The translations under genes and the position numbers were made by a program. The notes under the pieces are model-generated. The model had not been told where the DNA came from. It did no database searches and saw only the letters and a program-made list of their open reading frames with translations. From Idiomarina loihiensis L2TR (GTDB taxonomy: Bacteria; Pseudomonadota; Gammaproteobacteria; Enterobacterales; Alteromonadaceae): 32,000 nt of DNA. This document shows positions 17,492 to 27,637 of this stretch, one piece after another (position 1 is the first letter of the stretch; every line of letters starts with the position of its first letter). The stretch spans positions 390,001 to 422,000 of the forward strand of contig NC_006512.1 of NCBI RefSeq assembly GCF_000008465.1, in the 5' to 3' direction.

Positions 17492-18260
17492 TTTAGCCAT
17501 TGTTGCTAAACTGCTGGAACAACTTCCTGCCGCACGTCCGCAACTGGTGGTGCTGCCTGAAGCCTTTAGTTGCTTCGGTGCCGGTGACCGTGCGCAGTTA
17601 GCGATGGCTGAACCTTACAAGGATGGTGAGGTGCAGAAACAGCTGGCTGCCTTAGCGAAAAAGCACGAGGTTTATCTGGTCGGCGGTACACTGCCGGTAG
17701 ATGCCGGTGAGCGATTCTCCGCGGCATCTATTCTTTTTGGCCCCGATGGCGCTATTCTCAATCGCTACGACAAAATTCATTTGTTTGATGTTGATGTGGC
17801 TGATAATACTAAGGAATACCGCGAGTCAAAGTGGACTCAGCCGGGCAGTAAGGTGGTAACCACAGAAACGGACTTTGGTGTGGTTGGCATGGCAGTATGT
17901 TATGATCTGCGCTTTCCAGAGTTATTCAGAGCATTGCGTCAGGCTGGCTCCCAAATCATTGTTTTACCCTCTGCTTTTACTCAGGTTACCGGAAAAGCTC
18001 ACTGGCATGCGCTGGTTCGCGCCCGCGCCATTGAGCAACAGGTTTTTATCGTGGCACCGGGTCAGGTGGGGGAGCACGCAAATGGTCGTGAAACGTTTGG
18101 CCATTCAATTATTGTCAGCCCCTGGGGTGAAATACTGGCAGAACAGGAACTGGATGAAGGTGTTGTTTCTGTCAGCGTTGACGTAGCGGATATTGAACCC
18201 ATACGAAAACAAATGCCGGTGGCGCAACAAAATCAATTTGAGGTTGTACAAAAGACATGA
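17433..18260 (+). CDS. Carbon-nitrogen hydrolase (nitrilase superfamily) protein
   Basis: The Glu-Lys-Cys catalytic triad contexts are present: [15 protein letters not shown] and [11 protein letters not shown]. The ATG at 17433 is preceded by GAGG (17423..17426). This start overlaps the yhdP 3' end by 59 nt in another frame. Confidence 0.85.
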   Translation: MTQVQLTALQMSSRPDPQDNLAIVAKLLEQLPAARPQLVVLPEAFSCFGAGDRAQLAMAEPYKDGEVQKQLAALAKKHEVYLVGGTLPVDAGERFSAASILFGPDGAILNRYDKIHLFDVDVADNTKEYRESKWTQPGSKVVTTETDFGVVGMAVCYDLRFPELFRALRQAGSQIIVLPSAFTQVTGKAHWHALVRARAIEQQVFIVAPGQVGEHANGRETFGHSIIVSPWGEILAEQELDEGVVSVSVDVADIEPIRKQMPVAQQNQFEVVQKT

Positions 18261-19678
18261 CACTAACTGACTACGAATTGTCACAAGACGACATAAGCAA
18301 GGCCTTATCCACGCTATACAGCGGTGATATTGACTTTGCCGATATCTATTTACAACACAGTGTCAACGAGTCGTGGGTGCTGGAAGATGGCATTATTAAA
18401 GACGGCGCGTTTCATATTGAAACGGGTATGGGTGTGCGCGCTGTACAGGGCGAGAAAACTGGCTTTGCTTATGCCGATGAGATTACATTAAAAGCGTTAC
18501 AGCGCACTAGCGAAGCGGCCCGCGGCATAGCGCGTCAGGGGCAAAGCAAAAAGGTTGAAGCCCTGAAGTCGGTGCAGGCTAAGTCGCGCTATGAAGCGCT
18601 GAATCCGCTGGATACTTTGTCTGAAGAAGAAAAAATTGAATTGCTGAAAAAAGTTGATGCGCACGCGCGGGCACAGGACTCACGTGTAAGCCAGGTGGTG
18701 GTTAGTTTGAGCGGCAGTTACGACGAAGTTTTAGTTGCTGCGACAGACGGCACGTTGGCTACTGATAAGCGACCTCTAATTCGTCTGAACTGTTCTGTTA
18801 TTACCGAGCAAAACGGTCGCCGCGAGCGAGGCAGTGCCGGTGGTGGAGCGCGTGTAGGATATGAGTTTTTCCTTGATGAAGCGTCCGGCAATGCCCGCTG
18901 GCAGCGTTTTGCGGAAGAAGCCGTACGCCAAGGACTCGTGAACTTAGAAGCGAAACCTGCACCTGCAGGCAATATGCCTGTGGTACTGGGCTCTGGTTGG
19001 CCGGGCGTGCTGCTGCATGAGGCGGTTGGACATGGGCTGGAGGGCGACTTTAACCGTAAAGGCTCGTCTGCCTATTCCGGCAAAATTGGCCAACAGGTGG
19101 CTTCACCGCTTTGTACTATTGTCGATGACGGAACTCTGAATGATCGCCGTGGCTCAATGAGTATTGATGACGAAGGCACACCCAGTGGCTATAACGTATT
19201 GATAGAAAATGGCGTATTGCGTGGTTACATGCAGGACAAAATGAATGCGCGTCTAATGGGTCAGGCAACCACCGGAAACGGTCGCCGTGAAAGTTTCGCT
19301 CACTTACCTATGCCGCGAATGACCAATACGTATATGCTCGCCGGAGAAAGTAGTCCGGGAGACATCATTGGCAGCGTGAAAAAGGGTATTTACGCACCGC
19401 AATTTGCCGGTGGTCAGGTCGATATTACTTCCGGACAGTTTGTGTTCTCAGCATCTGAAGCTTATTTAATTGAAGACGGTAAAATTACCACACCGATAAA
19501 GGGTGCAACACTTATTGGTAACGGACCAGAAGCTATGGCTCAGGTGTCTATGGTGGGTAACGACCTGTCGCTGGACGAAGGTGTTGGTGTTTGCGGCAAA
19601 GACGGGCAGAGTCTACCCGTAGGTGTTGGGCAACCGACGCTGAAACTGGATTCAATGACGGTTGGCGGTACCGAATAA
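18257..19678 (+). CDS. tldD: Metalloprotease TldD
   Basis: The start overlaps the upstream stop (ATGA). The HExxxH motif [12 protein letters not shown] is present. Its size (473 aa) and end-to-end similarity to E. coli TldD are as remembered. Confidence 0.95.
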   Translation: MTLTDYELSQDDISKALSTLYSGDIDFADIYLQHSVNESWVLEDGIIKDGAFHIETGMGVRAVQGEKTGFAYADEITLKALQRTSEAARGIARQGQSKKVEALKSVQAKSRYEALNPLDTLSEEEKIELLKKVDAHARAQDSRVSQVVVSLSGSYDEVLVAATDGTLATDKRPLIRLNCSVITEQNGRRERGSAGGGARVGYEFFLDEASGNARWQRFAEEAVRQGLVNLEAKPAPAGNMPVVLGSGWPGVLLHEAVGHGLEGDFNRKGSSAYSGKIGQQVASPLCTIVDDGTLNDRRGSMSIDDEGTPSGYNVLIENGVLRGYMQDKMNARLMGQATTGNGRRESFAHLPMPRMTNTYMLAGESSPGDIIGSVKKGIYAPQFAGGQVDITSGQFVFSASEAYLIEDGKITTPIKGATLIGNGPEAMAQVSMVGNDLSLDEGVGVCGKDGQSLPVGVGQPTLKLDSMTVGGTE

Positions 19679-19693
19679 GTGAGTTGCCCGGTA

Positions 19694-20209
19694 TTAACCG
19701 AGCAGTTCACGTAAATAAACAAACAGCTGACGGGCAGCGACAGGCGGTTTTTGTTCAGCCCGCTGTTTTTCGGCAAGACGAATAAGCTGACGCAATTTTT
19801 GGCGGTCAGCATGAGGGTGCTCTTCAATGAATTCTTGTAGAGCATCGTCGCCTTCATGCAGCAGTTTATCGCGAGTTGTTTCAATCTCGTGAAAAATGGA
19901 TGTTTGCTGCTGATGCGCATTTTTTAAGTTATTTAAGGCTTGCTCAATAGGCGCTATGTCACGTAAGCGCATGAGCTTGCCAATAAATTGAAGCTGGCGT
20001 CGGTAGCCTTCGTGCTTGTTACGAATTTTACGGGCAAGTAAAACGGCATCGCGCAGCTCATCATCCAGTGGCATTTTTGCTAACTGGCTGTCAGTTAAAT
20101 TGACAAGTTGAGTCCCTAGCTCCTGGCGTTCAGCCATTTCGCGTTTTTTTTGGGACTTGCTGACGAAGTCGTCAGATTGTTCAGGATTTTCGGCTGGGCG
20201 TTTCGGCAT
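19694..20209 (-). CDS. yjgA: YjgA/DarP (DUF615) ribosome-associated protein
   Basis: This 171-aa charged helical protein contains RRQLQFIGKLMR and PPVAARQLFVYLRELL, which match E. coli YjgA. It is divergent from pmbA as in E. coli. Confidence 0.88.
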   Translation of the reverse strand: MPKRPAENPEQSDDFVSKSQKKREMAERQELGTQLVNLTDSQLAKMPLDDELRDAVLLARKIRNKHEGYRRQLQFIGKLMRLRDIAPIEQALNNLKNAHQQQTSIFHEIETTRDKLLHEGDDALQEFIEEHPHADRQKLRQLIRLAEKQRAEQKPPVAARQLFVYLRELLG

Positions 20210-20263
20210 AAGTTCGATTCATTAGCGCTACAAAGCCGTCAGTTTAGCAGTGAGGAGAGTTTT

Positions 20264-21610
20264 TTGATAGTACAACTGAGTGACTTACAGGTTCAAATGA
20301 AGCAGGTAGAGAGTGCTGTTAAAGAAGCACTGCGACTGGCTGAAGCAAAAGGCGTCAGTTCTGCTGAATGCTCAATCAGTCACAGCTCCGGTATTTCGGT
20401 CGGGACCCGCCTGGGCGAAGTCGAAACCGTCGAGTTTAATCAGGATGGGGCGCTGGGCATTAGCGTTTATAGAGGCAACCAGAAAGGTTCGGCATCGACT
20501 ACAGACCTGTCGGAACAGGCCATTAGCGCTGCCGTCGACAAGGCTTGTGATATTGCCCGTTTTACCTCTCCGGATCCATACAATGGTTTGGCTCCGGCCG
20601 AATTAATGGCGACCGATGTACCGGATTTAGACTTGTGTCATCCGGGTGACCAGAGCGCAGAGTATGCCATAAAGCAGGCACTGGCTTGTGAGAAACACGC
20701 GCTGAACCTGGATGAGCGCATTGTTAACTCAGACGGCGCGCATTACGGCAGCCACACGGGTTTTCGTGTTTATGGGAATAGTCACGGTTTTATTGGCGGT
20801 TACTTACAGTCGCGACATAACCTTAGTTGCGTTCTGATAGCCAAAGAGGGCGACAAAATGCAGCGCGACATGAGTTATTCTGTTGCCCGCAAAATGCACG
20901 AATTAAAATCTGCCGAGAGTGTTGCCGAAGAGGCCGCCGCAGAAACCTTGTCGCGCTTGGGTGCACGCAAAGTACCAACAGCTAAAGTACCGGTTATTTT
21001 CCGGGCTGATGTGGCAGGGAGTTTGTTTGGTCATATGGTCAGTGCTATAAGCGGTGGCAATTTGTACCGCAAATCCAGTTTTCTGCTCGACCATTTAGGC
21101 AAGCCGGTGCTGCCAGAATGGCTGAGCATTCAGGAAAAACCGCATATTATCGGTGGCCTGGCGAGCTCGCCGTTCGATGCAGAAGGTTTGGCGACGAAGG
21201 ATAGAGAAATCATTACCGACGGGGTGCTGCAAACCTATCTGTTAACCAGCTATGCTGCACGCAAACTGGATATGCAGCCTACGGGTCACGCAGGTGGTAT
21301 CCACAACTGGCGAGTGACACAGCAGGACAACTCGTTAGCGCAGTTATGCAAAAAAATGGGTACGGGCTTGCTGGTAACCGAATTGATGGGGCAGGGCGTA
21401 AATATGGTCAACGGTGATTACTCACGTGGAGCGGCCGGCTTCTGGGTTGAGAACGGTGAAATTCAGTATCCGGTAGAAGAAGTGACCATTGCCGGTAACT
21501 TAAAAGACATGCTGGCGAACATTGTTGCCATAGGGAATGACACCGACGAACGCCATGCGCTGCATACCGGCTCAGTGTTATTAGAGCAAATGAGTATTGC
21601 CGGCAATTAA
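20264..21610 (+). CDS. pmbA: PmbA/TldE, metalloprotease partner of TldD
   Basis: SSGISVGTRLGEVETVEFNQDGALGISVY matches E. coli PmbA, and the protein has no HExxxH. The proposed TTG start at 20264 lies 6 nt after GAGGAG (20252..20257) and gives 448 aa, against about 450 in E. coli. The alternative ATG at 20297 gives 437 aa. The track start 20150 overlaps yjgA and is rejected. Confidence 0.9.
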   Translation: MIVQLSDLQVQMKQVESAVKEALRLAEAKGVSSAECSISHSSGISVGTRLGEVETVEFNQDGALGISVYRGNQKGSASTTDLSEQAISAAVDKACDIARFTSPDPYNGLAPAELMATDVPDLDLCHPGDQSAEYAIKQALACEKHALNLDERIVNSDGAHYGSHTGFRVYGNSHGFIGGYLQSRHNLSCVLIAKEGDKMQRDMSYSVARKMHELKSAESVAEEAAAETLSRLGARKVPTAKVPVIFRADVAGSLFGHMVSAISGGNLYRKSSFLLDHLGKPVLPEWLSIQEKPHIIGGLASSPFDAEGLATKDREIITDGVLQTYLLTSYAARKLDMQPTGHAGGIHNWRVTQQDNSLAQLCKKMGTGLLVTELMGQGVNMVNGDYSRGAAGFWVENGEIQYPVEEVTIAGNLKDMLANIVAIGNDTDERHALHTGSVLLEQMSIAGN

Positions 21611-21622
21611 AAAGCCAGGTCT

Positions 21623-22984
21623 CTAAGACAGTAACAAGGTTGCTGAGCCAAGGAAGGCAAAGATACCGACCACGTCAGTGACAGTGGTCAGAATGACCCC
21701 GCCAGCCAGCGCGGGGTCAATATTAAAGCGCTTAAGAACCAGCGGAATGGTCGCACCGGCTAAAGCGGCTGCGACTAGGTTCATCATCATGGCAAAGGCA
21801 ATAATACCGCCAACCAGCCAGTCTTGCTTCCACAGTGCGACGACTGCCGCAATCAGTACCGACCAGATAATGCCGTTTAAGAAACCAATAGCCAGCTCTT
21901 TACCGATAAGCCATCGGGAGTTACTGGTGCCGATGTGACCCAGAGCCATACCTCGTATGACCAGAGTTAATGTCTGGCTACCGGCTATGCCGCCCATACT
22001 GGGTACAATGGTGTTTAAAATAGCCAGTACAGCCATTTGTGCCAGTATGTCTTCAAATAATGAGCTGACCATGGCAGCCAGTAAGGCAGTAACTAAGTTT
22101 ACCGCCAACCATACGGTACGGCGGCGGGTACTTTTTAATACCGGAGCGAAGGTATCTTCGTCATCTTCCAGACCCGCCATACTCAACATGGAGTGTTGGG
22201 CTTCTTCGCGGATAATATCGACCACGTCATCGATGGTAATACGACCTACCAGCTGCTGCTCATTGTCGACGACCGGCGCAGATACCCAGTCATGACGCTC
22301 GAACAGTTTTGCGACTTCCGTTTCATCCATAGTCACGGGGATGGTGGTAATGTCGGCCGACATAATTTCGTCAATGCGACGGCTGGGATCAATAGTTAAC
22401 AACTGGGTTAAAGTAATTTCGCCAATGAGTTTTTCATGGCGATCCACGACGTAGAGTTTATCGGTGGCTTCGGGCAGCTCACCTTTAAGGCGTAAATAAC
22501 GCAACACAACATCAATAGTGACGTCCGAGCGCAAGGTGATGGTATCGGTGTTCATGATACCACCGGCGCTGTCTTCGGCATATGAGAGCGCGGTTTCCGC
22601 ACGTTCCCGGTCGCTTTCGTCCATGGACTTCAGAACTTGCTGATAGACTGGCTCAGGTAAGCCCCGCAGAACGTAGGCAAGGTCATCGGTGTCCATGCCT
22701 TCGGTGGCCGCCGCAAGATTCTCCGGCGCCATTTGACGAATAATGTCTTTCTGAACCTCTTCGTTCAGTTCTTCAAGAATCTCGCCGTGTTCATCTACGT
22801 CAACCAGTTTCCAGACAATGGAACGGCTTTTGGGGGGTGAGGATTCCAACAGCAATGCCACGTCGCATGCCGGCATATTATGCAGCATACGGCGTGCAGC
22901 AACGAACATGCCATCGGACAGCGCGGAGTTAACCTCCTGAATGCGCTGCATGGCATATTCTTTGTCGGAAAGCTCTGCAATCAT
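21623..22984 (-). CDS. mgtE: Magnesium transporter MgtE
   Basis: It has an N-domain, tandem CBS domains (LYVVDRHEKLIGEITLTQLL, APVVDNEQQLVGRITIDDVVD) and a C-terminal 5-TM domain with GGIAGSQ and DPALAGGVILTTVTDV motifs. Confidence 0.93.
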   Translation of the reverse strand: MIAELSDKEYAMQRIQEVNSALSDGMFVAARRMLHNMPACDVALLLESSPPKSRSIVWKLVDVDEHGEILEELNEEVQKDIIRQMAPENLAAATEGMDTDDLAYVLRGLPEPVYQQVLKSMDESDRERAETALSYAEDSAGGIMNTDTITLRSDVTIDVVLRYLRLKGELPEATDKLYVVDRHEKLIGEITLTQLLTIDPSRRIDEIMSADITTIPVTMDETEVAKLFERHDWVSAPVVDNEQQLVGRITIDDVVDIIREEAQHSMLSMAGLEDDEDTFAPVLKSTRRRTVWLAVNLVTALLAAMVSSLFEDILAQMAVLAILNTIVPSMGGIAGSQTLTLVIRGMALGHIGTSNSRWLIGKELAIGFLNGIIWSVLIAAVVALWKQDWLVGGIIAFAMMMNLVAAALAGATIPLVLKRFNIDPALAGGVILTTVTDVVGIFAFLGSATLLLS

Positions 22985-22986
22985 GC

Positions 22987-23262
22987 TTACTCGTCTTCCT
23001 CGAAGCGATCTTCAAACAAAGCACTAACGGCATCCAGTGCTGCTTGTGCGTCTTTTCCTTCGGCACAGACTTCAACAGTTTTACCCTGTTGACTGGCCAG
23101 TAGCATCAGGCACATAACGCTGGCAGCGTTAACGCATTGCTCACCCTGAGTGACAGTAATGTCTGACTCAAATTCCTGCGTTAATTGCGCTAACTTTGTT
23201 GCCGCACGTGCGTGCAAGCCTAGTTTATTGCGAATAATTAGCTTTCTGCAAACTTTATCCAT
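22987..23262 (-). CDS. ptsO: Nitrogen-PTS phosphocarrier NPr
   Basis: This 91-aa HPr-like protein carries the active-site context IRNKLGLHARAATKL. It lies downstream of rapZ as in E. coli. Confidence 0.92.
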   Translation of the reverse strand: MDKVCRKLIIRNKLGLHARAATKLAQLTQEFESDITVTQGEQCVNAASVMCLMLLASQQGKTVEVCAEGKDAQAALDAVSALFEDRFEEDE

Positions 23263-24106
23263 GGGTTTTCAGTTCCCGGTGTCTTACCTGAACTTTTACA
23301 GCTTTCTGTTCAAAACGCTCGGCTAACTGCTGAGAAATATAAACCGAGCGGTGCTGACCACCGGTACAACCGGTAGCTATGGTCAGGTAGCTTCGATTGC
23401 TGCGCTGGAAGTGTGGCAACCAGGTATCAAGAAAGTTTTCTAGCTGATAAATAAATTTAGTCACCAAAGGTTCCTGACGAAAGAAAATCTGCACGTCGGT
23501 ATCCAGACCGGTAAGCAGCTTAAGCTCGGGTTGCCAGTGCGGATTAGGTAAAATGCGCGCATCAAAGACAAAGTCAGCGTCTTTGGGTAAACCATATTTA
23601 AAGCCAAAAGACTGAAACACAATAATCAGCTTTTTATCCGCTCGTCCCAGCACCCGCTCAGTGACCTGTTCGCTTAATTGGTGCAGCGATAAATCACTGC
23701 TGTCCAGGCGCCAGGTTGCGCGTTCCATAATGGGTTCAAGCATTTTATGTTCGGCCTGAAGCGCTTCTAGCAGAGGCAGTTCTTTTTGCGATAACGGATG
23801 CAGGCGACGAGTCTCGCCAAAACGCTTTAGTAAGGTGTTGTCGTCAGAGTCAATAAACAGAATTTCCGGTTCAACGCCTTTTGGCAAAAAGCTCAGAGAG
23901 TCCAGCAGCTCTTCGGAGTGCTCCGGTAGGTTGCGAACATCAATGCTAATGGCTATTTTTTGATACTGCTCTATGACTGCATGCACCAGAGTTGGCAGCA
24001 GGCTTATTGGTAAATTATCAACACAATAAAAGCCTAAGTCCTCCAGTACGCGCAAGGCAATTGTCTTACCTGAGCCGGAGCGACCACTAACAATGATCAG
24101 TTGCAT
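23255..24106 (-). CDS. rapZ: RNase adapter protein RapZ (YhbJ)
   Basis: MQLIIVSGRSGSGKTIALRVLEDLGFYCVDNLP contains a Walker A motif. The C-terminus has GCTGGQHRSV. Confidence 0.95.
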   Translation of the reverse strand: MQLIIVSGRSGSGKTIALRVLEDLGFYCVDNLPISLLPTLVHAVIEQYQKIAISIDVRNLPEHSEELLDSLSFLPKGVEPEILFIDSDDNTLLKRFGETRRLHPLSQKELPLLEALQAEHKMLEPIMERATWRLDSSDLSLHQLSEQVTERVLGRADKKLIIVFQSFGFKYGLPKDADFVFDARILPNPHWQPELKLLTGLDTDVQIFFRQEPLVTKFIYQLENFLDTWLPHFQRSNRSYLTIATGCTGGQHRSVYISQQLAERFEQKAVKVQVRHRELKTHG

Positions 24107-24567
24107 GGCGACTGTTCACCTTCGCCCACAAATAATTGATATAACGCCTTATCAGAATCTGCGTGGCGCAGTGCGCGAGTACAGTCTTTGTCGTTCATTC
24201 TTCTGGCCACTGTGGCCAATGTTTGTAGATGGTTCTCGTGCTCTGACTCCGGCACCAGAAGCGCGAAGATAATATCGACAGGTTGGTTGTCAATAGAATC
24301 GAATTCGATAGGTTCGTCTAAGGTCAGTAATACCGCTACCGGATGATTCGCATTAGGTAAGCGGCCATGAGGAATTGCGATACCTAAGCCAATTCCCGTA
24401 CTGCCTAAACGCTCACGGTTTAACAGGCTCTCAAAAATGTCATGACGGGTAATGCCAGACAGCTTAGGGGCTACGATTTGACTAATGGTTTCAAGTAGTC
24501 GCTTTTTACTTGCGCCCTCGACTGCACACTTGGTGCAGTCGGGGCTTAACAATTCACTCAGTTGCAT
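24097..24567 (-). CDS. ptsN: Nitrogen-PTS enzyme IIA (EIIA-Ntr)
   Basis: The phosphorylatable His context is GIGLGIAIPHGR. It is 156 aa and lies between hpf and rapZ. Confidence 0.93.
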   Translation of the reverse strand: MQLSELLSPDCTKCAVEGASKKRLLETISQIVAPKLSGITRHDIFESLLNRERLGSTGIGLGIAIPHGRLPNANHPVAVLLTLDEPIEFDSIDNQPVDIIFALLVPESEHENHLQTLATVARRMNDKDCTRALRHADSDKALYQLFVGEGEQSPCN

Positions 24568-24570
24568 GGA

Positions 24571-24858
24571 TTAATGTTGTTTCATTTTCTCTTTGTGTTT
24601 AATCACCTGACGGTCCAGTTTATTAATTAAACCGTCGATGGCCGCGTACATATCTTCGTGTTTTGCGTCGGCGAAAAGCTCACCGCCATTCACGTGCAGC
24701 GTAGCTTCCGCTTTTTGAATCGTTTTTTCAACATTTAGGATGACGTGAACATTAGTTATATGGTCAAAATGTCTTTCCAGCTTGGCAAATTTTGTGTCCA
24801 CGTAGTCACGCAGAGCTTCGGTAATATCGATGTGATGACCGGTCAAATTAATTTGCAT
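24571..24858 (-). CDS. hpf: Ribosome hibernation promoting factor (short HPF/YhbH)
   Basis: The 95-aa protein begins MQINLTGHHIDITEALRDYV...KL.RHFD, typical of the sigma-54 modulation protein family. It lies directly downstream of rpoN. Confidence 0.93.
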   Translation of the reverse strand: MQINLTGHHIDITEALRDYVDTKFAKLERHFDHITNVHVILNVEKTIQKAEATLHVNGGELFADAKHEDMYAAIDGLINKLDRQVIKHKEKMKQH

Positions 24859-24885
24859 AACGTCTTCCTTCTGCAGTTAACAAAG

Positions 24886-26346
24886 TTACAAAAGACTTTT
24901 GCGTTGGCTCGATGATGGAATGTTTAACGATTCCCGATACTTCGCAATTGTCCTTCTTGCTACTTGGATACCTTGTTCGGCTATCAGTTCAGCAATCTTA
25001 CTGTCACTTAACGGTTTACTGCGATTTTCAGCAGCGACCATCTTCTTAATTAAAGCACGTATTGCCGTGCTTGAACACTCGCCACCGCCCTCTGTACTGA
25101 CATGACTTGAGAAAAAATATTTCAACTCAAATACGCCACTTGGGCAGTGTAAGTATTTTTGTGTCGTTACGCGTGAAATTGTGCTTTCATGCATATCCAC
25201 GGCTTCAGCAACATCGTTCAGAACCATTGGCTTCATAGCTTCTTCACCATGCTCAAAAAAGCCCTGCTGGCGCTGTACTATGCAATTGGCCACTTTCAGC
25301 AGCGTATCGTTTCTGCTCTCCAGGCTTTTTATGAACCAGCGCGCTTCTTGCGTATGGTTTTTTATGTACTGGCTGTCGGCTACTGACTTTGTTGCTTTAC
25401 TCAAGGCCGCGTATTCTTCGTTCACTTTTAGTTTAGGTACGCTGTCCGGGTTTAATTCGACCATCCAACGACCATTTTTTTTAGTAACGGCCACATCGGG
25501 AATAACATATTCAACGGGTTGCTGCGCAACTTGCTCGCCCGGGTGCGGGTGCAACTGTTGAATTAACCGCATAGTCTGACGTAAATCGTCTTCCGATAGC
25601 TTCAGTTTACGCTGAATGGTGCGAAAATCGCGACTGCCAAGTAAGTCCATATGTTCAGTCACTAAGCATAGAGCAACCTGCTTGTATTCAGTGTCGTCGC
25701 TTAGTTGACGTAATTGAATGGCAAGGCATTCACTGACGCTGCGTGCGCCGACACCAATTGGGTCGAAATGCTGAATACGCTTAAGCACCATGCAGACTTC
25801 TTCTACTTCCACTTCGGGTAGGCGCACAGCTTCGATAATTTCATTAACATCAACCATTAGATAGCCATTGTCGTCTATGGCTTCAATAATGGCTTCAGCT
25901 ATGGCGGTGTCTTCTTCCGAAAAATGAGAAAGTTGCATTTGCCAAAGCAGGTGATCCTGCAAAGACTCGCTGGTAGAGCCCTGATAGACTTCAAAGTCGC
26001 CGTCGAAGGATTTACCCGAAGAAGCCGCACCGTTGGCCGGGGTATGACTGGAGTAGGTGTCGTCCCAACTGCTGTCGACCGGCAGCTCGTCAGGCATTTC
26101 CTGAGTTTTTATAACGTCGGATGTTTCCCGCTGACTGTCGTCTCTTTCTTCAATATTGCGAGTTTCGGGTTGATCCGCGTCGTTACTCGTTTCGCCTTCA
26201 ACCTCCAGCAGCGGGTTGCTGTCTAATGCATCCTGAATTTCTGACTGAAGATCGAGCGAGGAAAGCTGCAGCAGGCGGATGGCCTGTTGGAGTTGTGGCG
26301 TCATGGTCAGGTGCTGACCAATTTTTAGCTGCAGACTTTGCTTCAT
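24886..26346 (-). CDS. rpoN: RNA polymerase sigma-54 factor
   Basis: Region I reads MKQSLQLKIGQHLTMTPQLQQAIRLLQLSSLDL. An acidic region II follows. The C-terminal HTH and RpoN box ARRTIAKYRESL are present. Confidence 0.97.
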   Translation of the reverse strand: MKQSLQLKIGQHLTMTPQLQQAIRLLQLSSLDLQSEIQDALDSNPLLEVEGETSNDADQPETRNIEERDDSQRETSDVIKTQEMPDELPVDSSWDDTYSSHTPANGAASSGKSFDGDFEVYQGSTSESLQDHLLWQMQLSHFSEEDTAIAEAIIEAIDDNGYLMVDVNEIIEAVRLPEVEVEEVCMVLKRIQHFDPIGVGARSVSECLAIQLRQLSDDTEYKQVALCLVTEHMDLLGSRDFRTIQRKLKLSEDDLRQTMRLIQQLHPHPGEQVAQQPVEYVIPDVAVTKKNGRWMVELNPDSVPKLKVNEEYAALSKATKSVADSQYIKNHTQEARWFIKSLESRNDTLLKVANCIVQRQQGFFEHGEEAMKPMVLNDVAEAVDMHESTISRVTTQKYLHCPSGVFELKYFFSSHVSTEGGGECSSTAIRALIKKMVAAENRSKPLSDSKIAELIAEQGIQVARRTIAKYRESLNIPSSSQRKSLL

Positions 26347-26367
26347 AATGACTGTCCCGGTATCACG

Positions 26368-27093
26368 TTATAGGGTGAACTGCTCACCGAGGTAAACGTC
26401 TCTAACCTGTTGATTCGATAATATACTTTCTGCATCCCCACTGGCAATAAGCTCACCATGACTGACAATGTAAGCGTGTTCACAAACAGACAATGTCTCG
26501 CGCACATTGTGGTCGGTAATAAGTACACCAATACCACGTTGCTTTAAATGTTCAACAATCTTTTTAATATCAATAACCGAAATAGGGTCAACTCCGGCAA
26601 AAGGCTCGTCCAGCAAAATAAACGTAGGCTCCGCTGCCAAGGCGCGGGCAATTTCAACCCGACGGCGCTCACCGCCTGAAAGACTCATGCCCTGGCTATT
26701 CGCTATGTGGCCTATATGAAACTCTTCGAGCAAAGCATCAAGCTGTTCTTCACGCTCATTGGTTGAAAGTTCTTTACGAGTTTCCAGAATAGCCATCAGA
26801 TTATCGCGCACGGTCAATTTGCGAAAAATGGAAGCCTCTTGCGGCAAATACCCAATACCCCGGCGTGCCCGTTCATGCATTGGCAGTAATGTAAGGTCAT
26901 TGTCATCCAGCAGAATTTGACCTTTATCGCTATTAACCAAACCGACTATCATATAGAAGGTTGTGGTTTTACCTGCCCCGTTGGGGCCCAGTAAACCAAT
27001 AACCTGCCCCTGACTTACTTCCAGGCTAACGTCTTTAACGACTTGTCGGCTTTTGTAGCTTTTGGCTAAATGTTTGACTCGTAAAGTTGCCAT
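26368..27093 (-). CDS. lptB: LPS export ABC transporter ATPase LptB
   Basis: The start at M29 of the track ORF ([14 protein letters not shown]) gives 241 aa, as in E. coli. It has Walker [10 protein letters not shown], signature [15 protein letters not shown] and Walker [13 protein letters not shown]. The longer track ORF would overlap lptA. Confidence 0.95.
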   Translation of the reverse strand: MATLRVKHLAKSYKSRQVVKDVSLEVSQGQVIGLLGPNGAGKTTTFYMIVGLVNSDKGQILLDDNDLTLLPMHERARRGIGYLPQEASIFRKLTVRDNLMAILETRKELSTNEREEQLDALLEEFHIGHIANSQGMSLSGGERRRVEIARALAAEPTFILLDEPFAGVDPISVIDIKKIVEHLKQRGIGVLITDHNVRETLSVCEHAYIVSHGELIASGDAESILSNQQVRDVYLGEQFTL

Positions 27094-27094
27094 A

Positions 27095-27637
27095 TTAAGG
27101 GTTCTCGTTATTTTTTTCGTCGGTATCGGTTTTTGGTTTAGGCGTAAAAATAGTGATAACACGGCTGTCTTCTTCACCTGAACTGCTTGCCGTTACCGTT
27201 TGTTTATTCAAATCATAAGTAATCAAACTGCCGCTTGAGCTACTGCTACCTTGAGAGATGCGAGCGTCGCCACTAAGCTCCAGTCGCTGTTCCGACTGAA
27301 AATAGGTGATTTTTTTTGCTTCAGCGTTAATTTCATTGCCGTCGTCCAGCGTCTGGCTGTAAGTAGCAGGAGTGCCTTCTGCAATAAAAATATCTGCTTG
27401 CTCGGCGCTTTCGCTGGCGGATGCTTCTAGTCGATCGGCGCGGATTAATAAGGTGCCCTGACGAATAATAACGTTGTCCGTTAAAACCAGGCGGTTATTT
27501 TTAATATCAAGCTCTTCCTTACTCGACTCAACTTCCATGGGTTTACTAAAGTCAGACTTGCCCTGAGCCATAACCGCTGAGGGTATTAAGGCAACCAGGA
27601 TGAGTTTACTCAGCAGGCTGGAAAATCGTTTTAACAT
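27095..27637 (-). CDS. lptA: Periplasmic LPS transport protein LptA
   Basis: It has a signal peptide ([13 protein letters not shown]|QG) and an OstA-like beta-jellyroll sequence ([21 protein letters not shown]). It lies between lptC and lptB. Confidence 0.9.
   Translation of the reverse strand: MLKRFSSLLSKLILVALIPSAVMAQGKSDFSKPMEVESSKEELDIKNNRLVLTDNVIIRQGTLLIRADRLEASASESAEQADIFIAEGTPATYSQTLDDGNEINAEAKKITYFQSEQRLELSGDARISQGSSSSSGSLITYDLNKQTVTASSSGEEDSRVITIFTPKPKTDTDEKNNENP

Noticed and set aside
20144-20151. Eight-base homopolymer runs (T8 on the plus strand, A8 on the coding strand) in yjgA, also in rpoN (25475..25482) and lptA (27310..27317). I considered these as possible slipped-strand phase-variation tracts.
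   Set aside because: Each simply encodes Lys-Lys(-Asn/Ile) in essential or conserved housekeeping genes. The length is below typical phase-variable tracts, and all reading frames are intact.
20160-20175. A perfect 16-nt palindrome, CTGACGA-ag-TCGTCAG, inside the 5' end of yjgA.
   Set aside because: A 7+7 inverted repeat is expected once or twice by chance in 32 kb per spacer length. It lies in coding sequence (SDDFVS), and there is no second copy.
21611-21622. I looked for a bidirectional terminator between convergent pmbA and mgtE, and likewise in the 15 nt between tldD and yjgA (19679..19693).
   Set aside because: The gaps are 12 and 15 nt with only 4-5-bp complementarity. No credible hairpin or U-tract could be supported.
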